The notes under the pieces are model-generated. The model saw only the letters and a list, made by a program, of their open reading frames with translations. It ran no database searches and was not told the DNA's origin. Below are positions 1 through 11,819 of a stretch of DNA of 56,802 nucleotides, piece after piece (positions within the stretch are counted from its first letter, which is position 1; every line of letters begins with the position of its first letter). The stretch is from contig NC_068982.1 in assembly GCF_001194135.2 (NCBI RefSeq), forward strand, positions 84,597,446 to 84,654,247, written 5' to 3'. This DNA is from Octopus bimaculoides. Its lineage: Eukaryota. The position numbers and the translations under genes are program-made.

Positions 1-300
1 ATCTCGAGAAAATTTTCGAGACCGGGAAACGCTACGAGATTGGGAACCACCACGAGATCTCGAGAAACAGAGGTTATTTACGGTGCGAGTGAGCTCCTGA
101 ATGCTACGTAGCAAATCCTCATTGGTCACTGAAGAGGACTGCCTTGCAGGATCTACGGAAACAGTACGTGGTGTGTCCGTGGAGGACTCAGAGCAATTTG
201 AAACAAGTCGAGTCTCTCCGGCGAATGAAGGCAGGCTTGGCAACGCACACATGTTGGTAATGATTCCGTCAAAGGTGAAATAGGAAGAAACAATAACGAA
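1..300 (-). mobile_element. Probable Gypsy-type gag fragment (Ser/Arg-rich)
   Basis: Open minus frame without ATG: ...PISPLTESLP...VTNEDLLRSIQELTRTVNNLCFSRSRGGSQSRSVSRSRKFSRD. It resembles the coiled/RS-rich segment that precedes the zinc knuckle of invertebrate Gypsy gag. Recognised by eye only. Confidence 0.45.
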
Positions 301-327
301 AAACGTGTAAAATATGCAAAAGGCCAA

Positions 328-856
328 AAAAATAGTTCTCTTCAGCAGTGCATATGGTTGAAAGAGTTGTCACGAACCATGAAGTGATAAGAGTAAAAAT
401 TCATGCAAGAAACTGTTTTGTTGGTTACGCAATCTGAATTGCCTGAGTTGCGCTGATGAAATCCAAACCTGTAGGCATCCTCTCCTCTCACAAAGAGCAC
501 TGGGTATTGCAAGGCATCATAAGATCTGTGCATCTCGAATATATGGTGAAGGGTGTTGTCTCTGCATGTAAGGACAATGTTTCAGTGGTTATATTGATTA
601 CCGTGAAGAAGGACAGCTACTTCATTGCATGTAGGTAAGTTGAAGTGTCCAGAGTGTTCGCCCGACGGACGTTTTGAGGCATCTATGACAACATTGAAAT
701 TTGATGAAGGAGCTGCCTCCAATGCATACTTGAAGTTTATAATGTAGCTGTTGAACGTATGAAGAATATCTTGCAGGTTTCGGATGATGTGGAGGTCTGT
801 GCCAGGTGAAATTGAGTGCTGCATTTCTGCTTGTTCGTTGGGATTACCAACAAAGT
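328..856 (-). mobile_element. Helitron Rep/helicase pseudogene, downstream part
   Basis: FVGNPNEQAEM...LQDILHTFNSYIINFKYALE...RPSGEHSGHFNLPTCNEVAVLLHG and HRSYDALQYPVLFVRGEDAY...VSCMNFYSYHFMVR are motifs of the Helitron N-terminal region. Stops and frameshifts are present. Confidence 0.9.
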
Positions 857-1861
857 TGTAGTGAAACTTCTCTCTCAGGTATTTATTTACAAATGCTAAC
901 GTAGCGGCTAACATCTAGCCTTCAGCCCGCTTGGACCGATGTATCCATCACCCTGATTAGCTCTTATTTGTGTGGAATTTATCTCCAGTTCTGTTTCACG
1001 CCAGGGTGAACATCAACCAATCGTGGCCTTCTAATAAGGTCACGTGAAAGTGTTTTTCTGCTGTTTCTGGAGCCCCTTTTTACCTATAGATAGTCTTGCT
1101 TTAACTACGCCAGTTTGTCACGACCTCAGACCTTTTCAGGTTTCGTCGTAGACCATACAGAACACAGCTCCAGCCAGTTTCCAGCGACGACGTCAACACC
1201 ACCGTTCTACTGTCTTCTACAGTCCCGTCACCAGCGCCAACATGACGCCACCAGAGTACACAAGCTACCAACAACAACCGCGGTTTCTTCTCAACACTGT
1301 TTGTGTGGATTGTTTCCACCCCGAAAAGAACAGCCAGAACAACCTGCGAGAATCTTCTGTACTAAGTAACTGGTCGCAGCATCGAAGCTCAACTTCACAC
1401 ATATGTGACACTTCAGCTCTGCTATTCGGCCACAACCTCTTATGTACAGACATTCTATCTACTGTGTTACAGACTATGAACTGGTATTTCACTATCTCTG
1501 TGTTCAGGACGCTTATCGTCTATGTTACAGACTCTCATTCCATGCTCTGTATTTCTCATTCACACACACACATATTATGTATACACACTCTTGTACACAA
1601 TGGCCTGTCTTATATTTTGTTATTTATATTACCGCATGCACGCACACACAGACACACAGTTGACTACCTTAATAAACTTACTCTTTATATGTATCTAACG
1701 GTTGTGTCTCTCTCTCTTTCCTTGTTGGCACTTCCTCGCATCTCATATGCGAGCACTCTTATGTTATATTACATGTTTTTGTGTCGACCGTGCGACACGT
1801 TAAAAGGAGTCTCTTTTCCGTTCGTCGCCATCTCCTTTGGTACACACGGTCGTTTACTACA
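857..1861 (+). mobile_element. Solo LTR (1005 bp) inserted in the Helitron ORF
   Basis: TGTAGTGAAAC...GTTTACTACA termini and a 4-bp TSD AAGT (853-856 / 1862-1865). CCAAT at 1017, CACGTG at 1041, AATAAA at 1671. Homologous to the LTRs at 7455-7809 and 8008-9110. Confidence 0.92.
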
Positions 1862-2175
1862 AAGTAAAGTTGGAGAAATTGTGTGTCTTGGTTGGTGGCA
1901 AGTTCAAGCAGTCTAATTCTGTGGTATACCTGGCCTTGAACCTTAAACGTGGGCATGAATCCCCCTTTTCACACAACGTTTGCTCCGAAAGATGTCATCT
2001 GAAAGGCGCAATTGTACTTCCGGATGCAACTAAGAAAGTGCTTCGATTCAACTGTATCATCTGTGAAGAGAAGCTTTAGCAGTACTGGTGGGTCCTCAAG
2101 TTGAGGCAATCAGACCTTTCCACCAGAGCAGCACAAACCAGATGGCTCCCCCGACCACTTTTTGGCAAAGTAAAT
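1862..2175 (-). mobile_element. Helitron Rep/helicase pseudogene, upstream part
   Basis: GLCCSGGKV*LPQLEDPP...HFLSCIRKYNCAFQMTSFGA...FMPTFKVQGQVYHRI...QFLQLYF. It joins 856 in frame once 857-1861 is removed. Confidence 0.9.
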
Positions 2176-2177
2176 GA

Positions 2178-3200
2178 AAAGAATGTGTGACTGAAAACGA
2201 TCTCTGACTCCTGGACAGAAGAATGTTATTAATCCCTACCCTTGTTGATTCTAAGAAAATTTATCTGTCTCCTTTGCATACTAAGCTAGGGTTGATGAAG
2301 AATTTCGTCAAAGGTATGGATAGAACTGGCAAGGGATTCATGTATTTGGGAACTAAATTTTCAAGAATAAGAGAAGCAAAAATCAAGGCAGGTATTTTTG
2401 TTGGGCCACAGATTAGGGAGCTGATGAGAAACCAAGAGTGTGATGAAGAGCTCAATGATGTTGATAAAACTGCATGACTGTCATTTAAGAAAGTTTGCAG
2501 AGAGTTTTGGGGAAATCATAGAGCAGAAAACTATTCTGATATTATGAAAGAGCTATTGACATCATACAAGGCTTTGGGGTGCAATATGAGCCTAAAATCC
2601 ACTTTTGAATTTTCACTTGGACTTTTTCCCAGCAAATTTTGGGGCTGTCAGTGATGAGCATAGCGAAAGGTTTTAGCAGGACATTCTGAACATGGAAACT
2701 CGGTACCAAGGAAAGTGGGGCTCTTCTATGCTGGCTGATTATTGTTGGTCATTAAAAAGGGACGTTCCAGAAGCTAAATACAGTTGAAAATCATACTCCT
2801 CTATGTTTCAAAGGTAAGTTTCCTTGTAATATCAGCCTGATTTTTGAATTCATGAAATACAATTGTTTAACAATTTACATATACCATCACAGAAACACTA
2901 TGACTTATAGAAAAAAATTTGAAAACATACTTGAATTCTACAGATAAAATGCTATTAAGTTAACCTACTTTTGTTCGTGGGACAGAGTTTTTCATTAATT
3001 CTGCTGACCAATCATAATTGTCAGCTTTATTTCTGTATTAATATAGTACATTTATTAGATAATTTAATTACAAAAACACAAAAACCATGCCCAATAGAAA
3101 AAATTCTAAAAACAGGTTTGTAATCTGCGTTAAAAGTACTATAAAGTTCACTTTCTTTAGTTCATGGGACAGCAAAATGTTTGAATTTTGTTGATCAGTG
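2178..3200 (+). mobile_element. DNA transposon 3' half, Chapaev3-like (CMC) transposase relic
   Basis: LSPLHTKLGLMKNFVKGMD...EAKIKAGIFVGPQIRELM...LGCNMSLK..HLDFFP.NFGAVSDEHSERF*QDI..METRYQGKW..SMLADYCW. It ends in ...GTTGATCAGTG at 3200 with repeated subterminal motifs. Transposase identity is clear; the superfamily name is from memory and less certain. Confidence 0.75.
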
Positions 3201-3204
3201 CAAT

Positions 3205-3440
3205 CAATCCAATAAACTTTCTAAATTCAGCAGAATCTATTTCTATGTCCCTATCTTTATAGACCCGAGTTCCTTTGACATTTGTCTATTTTGGATTATT
3301 TCCAGATTTGGTTTCATGAACAATATAAATGATGAAAGAGCTGAATCACAAGTTCTACTTGCAAAATGGGAAGTTCCAAGCTGTTGATGTAAACCATTGT
3401 AGGATGGAGTTCTTGTGTCCTTTCAATTGTGTTCTTCAAA
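3205..3440 (-). mobile_element. piggyBac-like transposase N-terminal fragment
   Basis: RTPSYNGLHQQLGTSHFASRTCDSALSSFILFMKP, then after a frameshift TNVKGTRVYKD..EIDSAEFRKFIGLI (the TN...EI..FIGL region of piggyBac DDE). Cut off at the Chapaev-like end. Confidence 0.65.
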
Positions 3441-4024
3441 GATGATGCGATACTAATTGTTTGTTTCATAAAGATGATGCACTAAATAGTAGTATTGCAT
3501 CATCTTCAAATGTCTTAGTAAATGTTATTAGAGATCTTTGCCAAGCAGTATGGGATAAGGTTGTGAAAGCTGACCTCAAGATGCTGAGCCTTACAGAGGA
3601 CTTGACAATGGATCGGGAGGGTTGGTGTTCTGCTGTGCTCAAGAAGACCTGTGCATAGCAAGCAGAACACCTACCTAAAACCTGGTCACGGAATCTCACT
3701 GTGATGTGTACACTACAGATACAACATTTTTGTAACTCCATAGTCCAAAATCATATTCTGATGAGTTTTTGCTAGAAGACAATAAAAATCAATTTTTTTT
3801 TTTTGTATTTGATCAAAAAAGTTCAGCCATGACTAACTTTGAAATTTTTATACTGGGTTGCATTTGGGGGGGATTTCCAAAAACTAGAACCCTGATAGAA
3901 TGATAAACAAAAAAAGGGGAAAAGATCCAAAACGTTTAATCCATAACTGTTAAAAGAACTGTATTTTGCATTCCAGAACAAAAGTCATATAAAGTCAAAT
4001 TAGTCAATAGTCAAGTTGCAGAAA

Positions 4025-5700
4025 GTCTAATAAAGAGAATGAAGCACAATGGCAGGTTGGCTTTGCTCTTGTATGTGGCATGTAGTTCTTGTATGACCTT
4101 AATTTCTTACTCATAACATTGATTGCTTCTGCTGATGTTTAGTTTTGAGGGTTTTTGTTTCCAATGATTTATCAAGGATTTCAAAGGAATCTTGTCCTGA
4201 GGATGATTAGTCTGATAAACAAGTTAAAAACAAGAAGAAAGAACCTTACCAACAGATACAAGAAGGCTTGCAATAGCTCTGCATAATATTCAGCTCTATA
4301 CACTTGAACCAGTGATCTGCCCAGTCATATGAGATGAACTGGCAGACCATTTGCAATCTCTCACATGTGGCATGAAGAAAAGTGCAAGAAGGGCTAAGAT
4401 TGCTTAAGAATTCCATCTGGCATTACTGATATTCGGAATTTTCTGAAACTTGATGAAAAGTATGTCTCCCTTTTCATGGAAGAATCTGAAGGTATGGGTT
4501 AAGTGGAACAGAAACTTCATATCACCTCTCCAACCAGCTTGGTCTTCAATGATGAGTTCCATTCTGGAAAGAACCTTGGGGGTTCTTCATAACTTATCAT
4601 GAGTTCTTTGACAAGAAAATATTCGATGTGTGAATTGCTTGTGCCTGCTAGCTCCTCATCCAGCAGGATTCTGTCCAAGACATGGTGTTGGCAGCTCACA
4701 TATTGTGGCTTGTCATAGCCTTTGCTCAAGAACATTCTCTGCAGTCTAACCACTACTCCACTCTTTCGTCTTGTATTCACACACGTCATATCAGCAATAA
4801 TCATTAAGATTACACCCCACAAGTGAAATTCGTCCAAGATGCTTTTCAATCCTTCTGCAATGGTCTCAGCCTTGACGTCACACAGCTTCAGAGCAGCCAG
4901 CTTGATTTCACTTGTTTCATTCTTGATGACAACCACTTGATATTCATTTTTGTCAATGTTTACCATAGAAATGCAAGCTCCATTTCTGATTGCATAGTGT
5001 ATCAATCAAGTGTTTCTTCATTTCACCAGCTTTCTTGAACAGTGCAGTGTAAATGCCTTGCTGACTAGGAGCTGGGATATCAATGCCCTCCTCTGATAAT
5101 TGTTTGCAGAATTTCACAGCTTTGTTGGTAGAGACGTTTGTTCCAGTTACAAATCTCGAACCAAATGCAGATTTGTTATGCCTTCTTGTGGAAAAATAAG
5201 TGTCATCACTATCACTATCATTTTGATCAGCTCTGTCATCTTCACCATAGTTGTACTTTTCAATCTCTTCTTCAGAATCACTGTCAGTATCCAGGACTGT
5301 TGAATTTGATAAAGAATGGGAGGCTTCAGCATCAGAGCATCTTCTCTTGAAAGGATGGATAGTGTGCTTGCTTGCAGCTTTGCTTGTCAAATAACCCACT
5401 TTTTCCTTGCTTTGGAGTTGGATGGGGAACAGTATTTTGTTGTCAGCATCGAGTCATTCACTGTGGACTTTGGTGATATTGAACAGTTCTTCTAATGGCT
5501 CAAATTTTCCTTCCTTGGTGCATTTGTCATACAAATGAAGCACATTTTCGAACTTGGAAATGATTGGAAAATTCGGTTTATCACCTCACTTGATAATTCC
5601 ACCACTCTCTCCTTTGTGCCTTTAATTGATTTCCCAAGAAACTGCTATCAACCAACAATCTTCTCCTTGAGTGGCATTTGACTTCTGCTGGCCGGTGAGG
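4025..5700 (-). mobile_element. Decayed DDE transposase, hAT-superfamily-like (hATm-like)
   Basis: WSLHF(D)GKH; EYQVVVIKNE; IIADMTCVNT..KSGVV; CQHH (CxxH-type) motif; ISNARWNS; RSNQCYE*EIKVIQEL near the third acidic residue. Track ORFs 4517..5005 and 4953..5399. TIRs not found. Confidence 0.65.
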
Positions 5701-5749
5701 CTTCTTCTACATGCACATGACCTCTAGATGAACGGGACTGGAACTACGC

Positions 5750-6850
5750 CAAATGGAGGCAGATGAATACAAAAGCACCTGGAAGCATCCCTGACCTGGT
5801 CACTGGTACATGCTGGACTATGTTATAACTAAGAACAAGGATTGCAATGATTTCAGATTCACCAGAACTCACAAAACTCCCAAGTGTTACTTGGATCACA
5901 GAATGGTTCACAGCAAGGTATTTGTTAGACCATATGGAAAGAGGCCACTGAAATCCAGTTTATATCTAAGAATAAATGTTGCTTCTTTAAAAAACTCAGA
6001 AATGACAAAAATTTTGAAATACATTTAAATCCAAAACTTGCAGAAATAGAGGAACACCTGAAGTGTTGTGGTACAATATTTGTGACAGCATCAAATCATC
6101 TGCTGAAGTAGTTCTAGGATTTGTGAAACACAAATACCAACAAGAACGATTCTCAAATTAAACCTCACATGGCTACATCAGATTGGAGCCTGGTGTAGCC
6201 ATCTGGTTTCACCAGTACTCAGTCAAATCGTCCAACCCATGCTAGCATGGAAAGCGGACGTTAAACGAAGATGATGATGATGATGATGATGATGATGTAG
6301 AAACTTTGCACAAGAGACACAAGATATGGATCTCAGACAAAAACTCGCCAACATCCAGATTCCTATATATCTCCTCTAAAATCTATGCAGAAAACTGCAT
6401 GTTATGAAAAATTTGGTGCACAAAAAGCCCAAGAATTGGAATAGGCTATTCTGAAAAATGTGTTCGGTAGTACAGAATCTGTTCTCTTTTATGATGGAAC
6501 AAATCTCTTAAGCAAGAAAGATGAAATTCTGAAAAGATGGGCTGAACACTTTAAATCTGTATTAAGTCCAGAATCCACTACCCCAGTGATCTATAATTGA
6601 AGAACTAGTGGAACATCCTTCTTTGGAAGAGATAAGTACTACTATCCAAAAATTTTTCAATGGTAAAGCTCTTGGACAAAATGATATTCCCAAAGAGGTG
6701 TACAAGCATGTAGCAGACAACTTGTAAGTAAACTGTGAAAATTGATCTGTTTGATCTGGGAAACTGGATTTGTTCCCCAACAGTTCAAAGATGCATTGAT
6801 AATGCATTTGTATAAAAACAAATGGAAGAAGAGTGTATGTGATAATCCCC
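5750..6850 (+). mobile_element. RTE-clade LINE fragments (APE endonuclease end and linker) with an inserted RTE 3' tail
   Basis: HWYMLDYVITKNKD...DHRMVHSK; DEILKRWAEHFKSVL; QQFKDALIMHLYKNK. Tail ...gcatggaaagcggacgttaaacg(GAT)n at ~6195-6297. Confidence 0.8.
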
Positions 6851-7454
6851 TTTTCCAACAGAAGAATGAAAATAATCAAAAAGAATTTTTTAAAAAGTGG
6901 CACTCCATTCTGGGCAGAATTTTTGGAACAAGTCCTTCAAAGTTCCATACCTGATTGAAAAAGAAAAGTGAGGTGGGCAGGTTTCCTTCATTTTGTTTTT
7001 AATCTTTCTTTGCTTCATACAATGGAAAATTTTCTCAAAATTTCTGTCTTTCACATCCCACTCCTCAATTTTCTGTCCATTTTTCTTTCCATATCATTTA
7101 GGAAATAACTATTCTGATTCATTCTGCCAGCTTCAGCTCCACAAGCTTTATTATTTCTACCTTAGCTGGACCCAAACCTACCAATTACATTACTTGCCCA
7201 CCACACGTACAGTTTTACCGCTACATCTCAGGCAGGGGTGAAGGAGGGGCACATGACCAGGTGATTAATAAGTTCACATAATAATCCTGACATGTTAGTG
7301 TTTAGTTCAATCCAACTCCATCACACCTTGAACGAGAATCTTTTAGCCTAGTTTTGGTTTGATTTTTTTGTTTTTTTTGTTTTATCTTCTACTCATGTTG
7401 GGTCTGAAAAAAGGAACAGTGCCTATGCCCTTTGTGGACCATCTAAATGAGTGA

Positions 7455-9110
7455 GGTTAATGATGGAGGTCGTCGAATGCTGTTGGACGAAGTTGATGAG
7501 TCTCCATGTGGCTGCTGTTGTGTTGTCACTGGAACTGGCTGTGTCCTGTGTGGTCAGTGGCTAGACCATAAAAGGTCTGAAACCAAAGACAATCGAAATG
7601 ATGTGAAGATGGAGGTTTTATAGGGAGCAGTCGGCTCAAACTGGGGTTTAGAACAGACTGTTTCACGTGACCTTATTTGAAGGCTGCAACTGGTTGGTTT
7701 GCATATTGGTGCACGTCCGCGTTTGTTTATATTTAAATGAGAAGAATGGCGATAGTAGTTTTGTATCTAATGGCGATAAGTAGAAGAGACGATAGGTAGT
7801 TTCACTACACTAGCCTCGCACCAGTCGGTTTGTCGAAGACAAACAGACGAAATAAAAAAAAATTGATGTAGAGAAAAAAACTGATAGAACGGTTGGTCTA
7901 TTACTGGCATTTAGTCACCATTTTTGGAAAAGTTATGTGAACTTTTCACGTTGGGCTGTACAGATCAGAAGGGCTGTATGAATGAATCAACGCCGGGGGT
8001 CACCAATTGTAAGGTAAGGCCATGCGAACTCAAAAAGGAGAAATGATGACGAATGGAAAAATCAGAGGACTCCTTTTATTTAAACGTGTCACACGGTCGA
8101 ACACAAAATAATGTATCTCAATGATGATATACATGATATGTTATACTACGATAACATAGATGACCAGTAATGAAAGACCACAACCGTATAAGATGAATAA
8201 CAGAGATATTTATTGTAGCATTAAAGATGTATGTCTGTGTGTGAGTGTGAATGCGACATATAATAACATAATCAAAGACAGGCCGTCGTACAAAGAAAAG
8301 TATGTATGTGAGTTATTACAGCAAATAGAAAGAGTCAGTAACACGTGAGCAATTATACCAGTTCTTNNNNNNNNNNNNNNNNNNNNNNNNNNNNNNNNNN
8401 NNNNNNNNNNNNNNNNNNNNNNNNNNNNNNNNNNNNNNNNNNNNNNNNNNNNNNNNNNNNNNNNNNNNNNNNNNNNNNNNNNNNNNNNNNNNNNNNNNNN
8501 NNNNNNNNNNNNNNNNNNNNNNNNNNNNNNNNNNNNNNNNNNNNNNNNNNNNNNNNNNNNNNNNNNNNNNNNNNNNNNNNNNNNNNNNNNNNNNNNNNNN
8601 NNNNNNNNNNNNNNNNNNNNNNNNNNNNNNNNNNNNNNNNNNNNNNNNNNNNNNNNNNNNNNNNNNNNNNNNNNNNNNNNNNNNNNNNNNNNNNNNNNNN
8701 NNNNNNNNNNNNNNNNNNNNNNNNNNNNNNNNNNNNNNNNNNNNNNNNNNNNNNNNNNNNNNNNNNNNNNNNNNNNNNNNNNNNNNNNNNNNNNNNNNNN
8801 NNNNNNNNNNNNNNNNNNNNNNNNNNNNNNNNGGGTATGAGTTGCTCTATTTATAGCGAATTATCGGCTCACAGACGGTAGTAGAAAAACACTATCACGT
8901 GACCTTATTAAGGGCTGTGATTGGTCAGTTTGCGTTCTGGCGGGAACGGTTCGAAGAAGTTGCCGATTCGAATAATGATCAGTCACGTGATGACAAGGTT
9001 AATGTTTTCCGCTACGTCCGCGTTTGTTTATATTTAAATGAGAAGAATGGCGATAGTAGTTTTGTATCTAATGGCGATAGGTAGAAGAGACGATAGGTAG
9101 TTTCACTACA
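7455..9110 (-). mobile_element. Two-LTR retroelement with a 198-bp non-coding interior: 5' LTR 9110-8008, interior 8007-7810, truncated 3' LTR 7809-~7455
   Basis: Both LTRs start TGTAGTGAAAC on the minus strand. The 5' LTR ends ...CTTACA at 8008 and spans a 466-N gap. A PBS follows 2 nt later. Homologous to the solo LTR 857-1861. Confidence 0.8.
7984..8005 (-). promoter_or_regulatory. Primer-binding site complementary to the tRNA-Trp 3' end
   Basis: TGGTGACCCCCGGCGTTGATTC lies 2 nt after the LTR-terminal CA. The tRNA-Trp complement is TGGTGACCCCGACGTGATT (first 10 nt identical, the rest near-identical). Confidence 0.8.
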
Positions 9111-11600
9111 GAGGCTTAGTTGTCATCGAAGACAATTGAACTCCAAGAAGCTGCTGACAGAAAGGATTCTAAAACCTTTTATAATGGCCTCAAGAAAGTG
9201 TATGGTCCTCAAGAGCACAATGTTACTCCTATTTTTTCATTGAATAGACACTGTTGACTGACAAATCTGACATCCTGAAATGATGGAAAGATCACTTTGA
9301 AACTGTGTTTAACTCCACCTCAGTCACTAATGATGACGTCATAATGTCTGTTCTACATCACGCTGAAATACCAGAACTATATCTTGAGCCATCCTTCCTG
9401 GAAGGGGTAAACTCTATTAAACAGATCTCTTTTGGTAAAGTGCCTGGCAGGGATGCTGTCCCTCCTGAAATCTACAAGCATAGTGGACAGAAGCTTTTTA
9501 AGAAACTGCATGACCTCTTCATAAACATTTGGATGGTAGGCCATGTACCACAGGACTTCAAGGATGCCTCAATTCAAAATCTTTATAAGAACAAAGGAAA
9601 CAGAAATGTCTGTGATAATCATCGTGGAATATTGCTTCTATGTATTTGTGGTAAGATTCTTGCTTGACTCATTCTTGACAGGATCATCAAACACGTTGCA
9701 AATGATATCTATCCAGAATCACAGTGCGGATTTTACTCTGGTCATGGCACTATCCACATCATCTTTTCCCTTCGACAGGTCATAGAGAAGGTACATGAGA
9801 AAAATCAAGAATTTATAGTAATGGTATCACATGTGTAGAAAGGTATCACCAGTCTAGTGAAGGGATCACTATTATAGTAAGTTGGTTGCTAGTATGGTGA
9901 GTCCACTATCTTCATAGCTAATGTGCAGCAATAGCCTAATAGAGTATTCACAGTCTGGTTGAAGTGACAACGTTGGTGGTAGTAGCTTGTCGATAACTGT
10001 GTCTGTGTGTTCGTTCAATAGTCATTGGTATACAGAGACAGATGGACAAAGTTCAACTTGTTGAATAGCAAAGTTTATTCACAGCAGTAGGTTACATACA
10101 ATGTCAATGCCTTGTATAAGATTTCTGTAAAGAAGTAAGTTGTGTTTTATAGAGATATCTATAGTGTGAATGAATGCATAAAGGAATTAATTGTACTTTG
10201 TGTATATAGAAAGAGACTTGATAGAAGTGTTTCTAGAAAAGATGGGAGATGACGGCATCGAGTTTGGTTGATTCTGCTTGCACACGTGGAAGAAAAGTTG
10301 TTCTTGTGTGAAAAAAGCCAGTGCAAACTCGATAGAACCAAACTACAGGCTGGGAGTGTTTAGAGAAATGAAACGAAAGGAACTCAATTAAACATGGCTG
10401 TAGCCACATTATATAAGTGACAATCGGACATAGTAGAGAGAGCCTGTTTGGATGTAGTAGAGAGAGCCTGTTTATTTGGCCAATAGAGCTGTAAACTTAC
10501 AGTGTTGTTCAAGCCTACTTGGAGATTAGAAACGTATGTTTTAACTAATGCTAATACAGACATGCTACAAGTTGTTCTTGAAATTCGTTAACCTAACTAA
10601 AGCCTTTGACACTGTTAACCAACAAGCACTATAGAAGGTTCTGAAAAAGCTTGGTATACTTGACAAGATGTTGAATGTTATCATCTCCTTACATGAAGGA
10701 ATGAAGGCTGCTGTTGTGTCTGGTGGGGAATCTTCGGCTTCCTTTGACATTACAAATGGCACAAAGTAAGGTTGTGTTATGGCCCCTGTTTTGTTTTCAC
10801 TCTTTCTCTTCAGTGATGTTGAGATATGCGTTTGGCAACATACAAAGTGGTGTCAAATTCCAGTTTAGAATAAGTGGTGGACACACCATCAGTGTTTCAA
10901 GCCTGCTACACACCAATATTATTCGTCATCTACTTTGTGCAGATGATGCTGCACTAGTAGCGACCTCCTTAGAGGTTCTAGACTGGTTTTCTGCTGCATG
11001 TAAAGCCTTTGGTTTGACCATCAGCATAAAGATGGAAGTAATCTACCCACCTTGCCCTACTCCAAAACAAATTTACACATCTTGGTAGTAAAGTGAATTC
11101 AAGCACTTCCCTTGATGAAGAAATTATCAATCATCTTACAAAGGCAACCAATGCATTTGGCAAACTCCATCATCACCTATGGAATGAAAGGGGTATCGAA
11201 CTTGACACTAAAGTACAGATCTATAAAGCTTCCATTTTTACTACTCTCTTGCATAGCTCAGAATCGTAGATACACTATAGATGACACATTAACAAACTAG
11301 ACATCTTCCACAAAGGCTGTCTGAGGACAATCTGTGGTTATTCACTAAAAGACAGAGTTTTTAATGTCAACTTGTTTAGCAAGTGTAAGATCAGTGGAAT
11401 CGAGAGCTTCCTTATGCAATCACACTTGTGCTGAGCTGGCCATGTTATCAGAATGAGTGATGAAAAAATACCTCATGTACAGCCAGCTTGAGAGTGGACA
11501 CAGGAATGTTGGTTGACCATGGTTCAGATATATGGACAAGCTGAGGAGTAACCTCTTAGAGATGAAGATAGCACATAACACCTTTGAGCATTTGGCACTT
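9111..11600 (+). mobile_element. RTE-clade LINE ORF2 pseudogene, interrupted at ~9814-10583
   Basis: ELQEAADRKDSKTFYNGLKKVYGP; GKVPGRDAVPPEIYKH; PQDFKDASIQNLYKNKG...CDNHRGILLL; PESQCGF; after the insert FVNLTKAFDTVN; LLCADDAAL; WAGHVIRM-like region near 11440. Confidence 0.92.
9814..10558 (-). mobile_element. Probable second-family solo LTR inside the RTE RT domain
   Basis: About 745 bp of non-coding sequence between KNQEF and FVNLTKAFD. Minus-strand start TGTATTAG and end TACTATA (near TG..CA), TATA-like at 10409-10416, AATAAA at 10079-10074. No TSD seen. Confidence 0.5.
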
Positions 11601-11819
11601 CTTCAGGAATGGTTACCATCGGAACAAAACACGAAAAAACACATACATAACGATCATATTAAATCATTACGTTATTAAGATCCTGTTACAGTTCATCTTT
11701 CTGTTATTATAGGGGAGATAACTCCTTAATTTTCTATTTTTATTGCTCTCCTGTGAATTTCCACTAGATTAATTTATTTGTTTATTTCGTTGTACTATAC
11801 TATATTACCCGTTCCTTTA

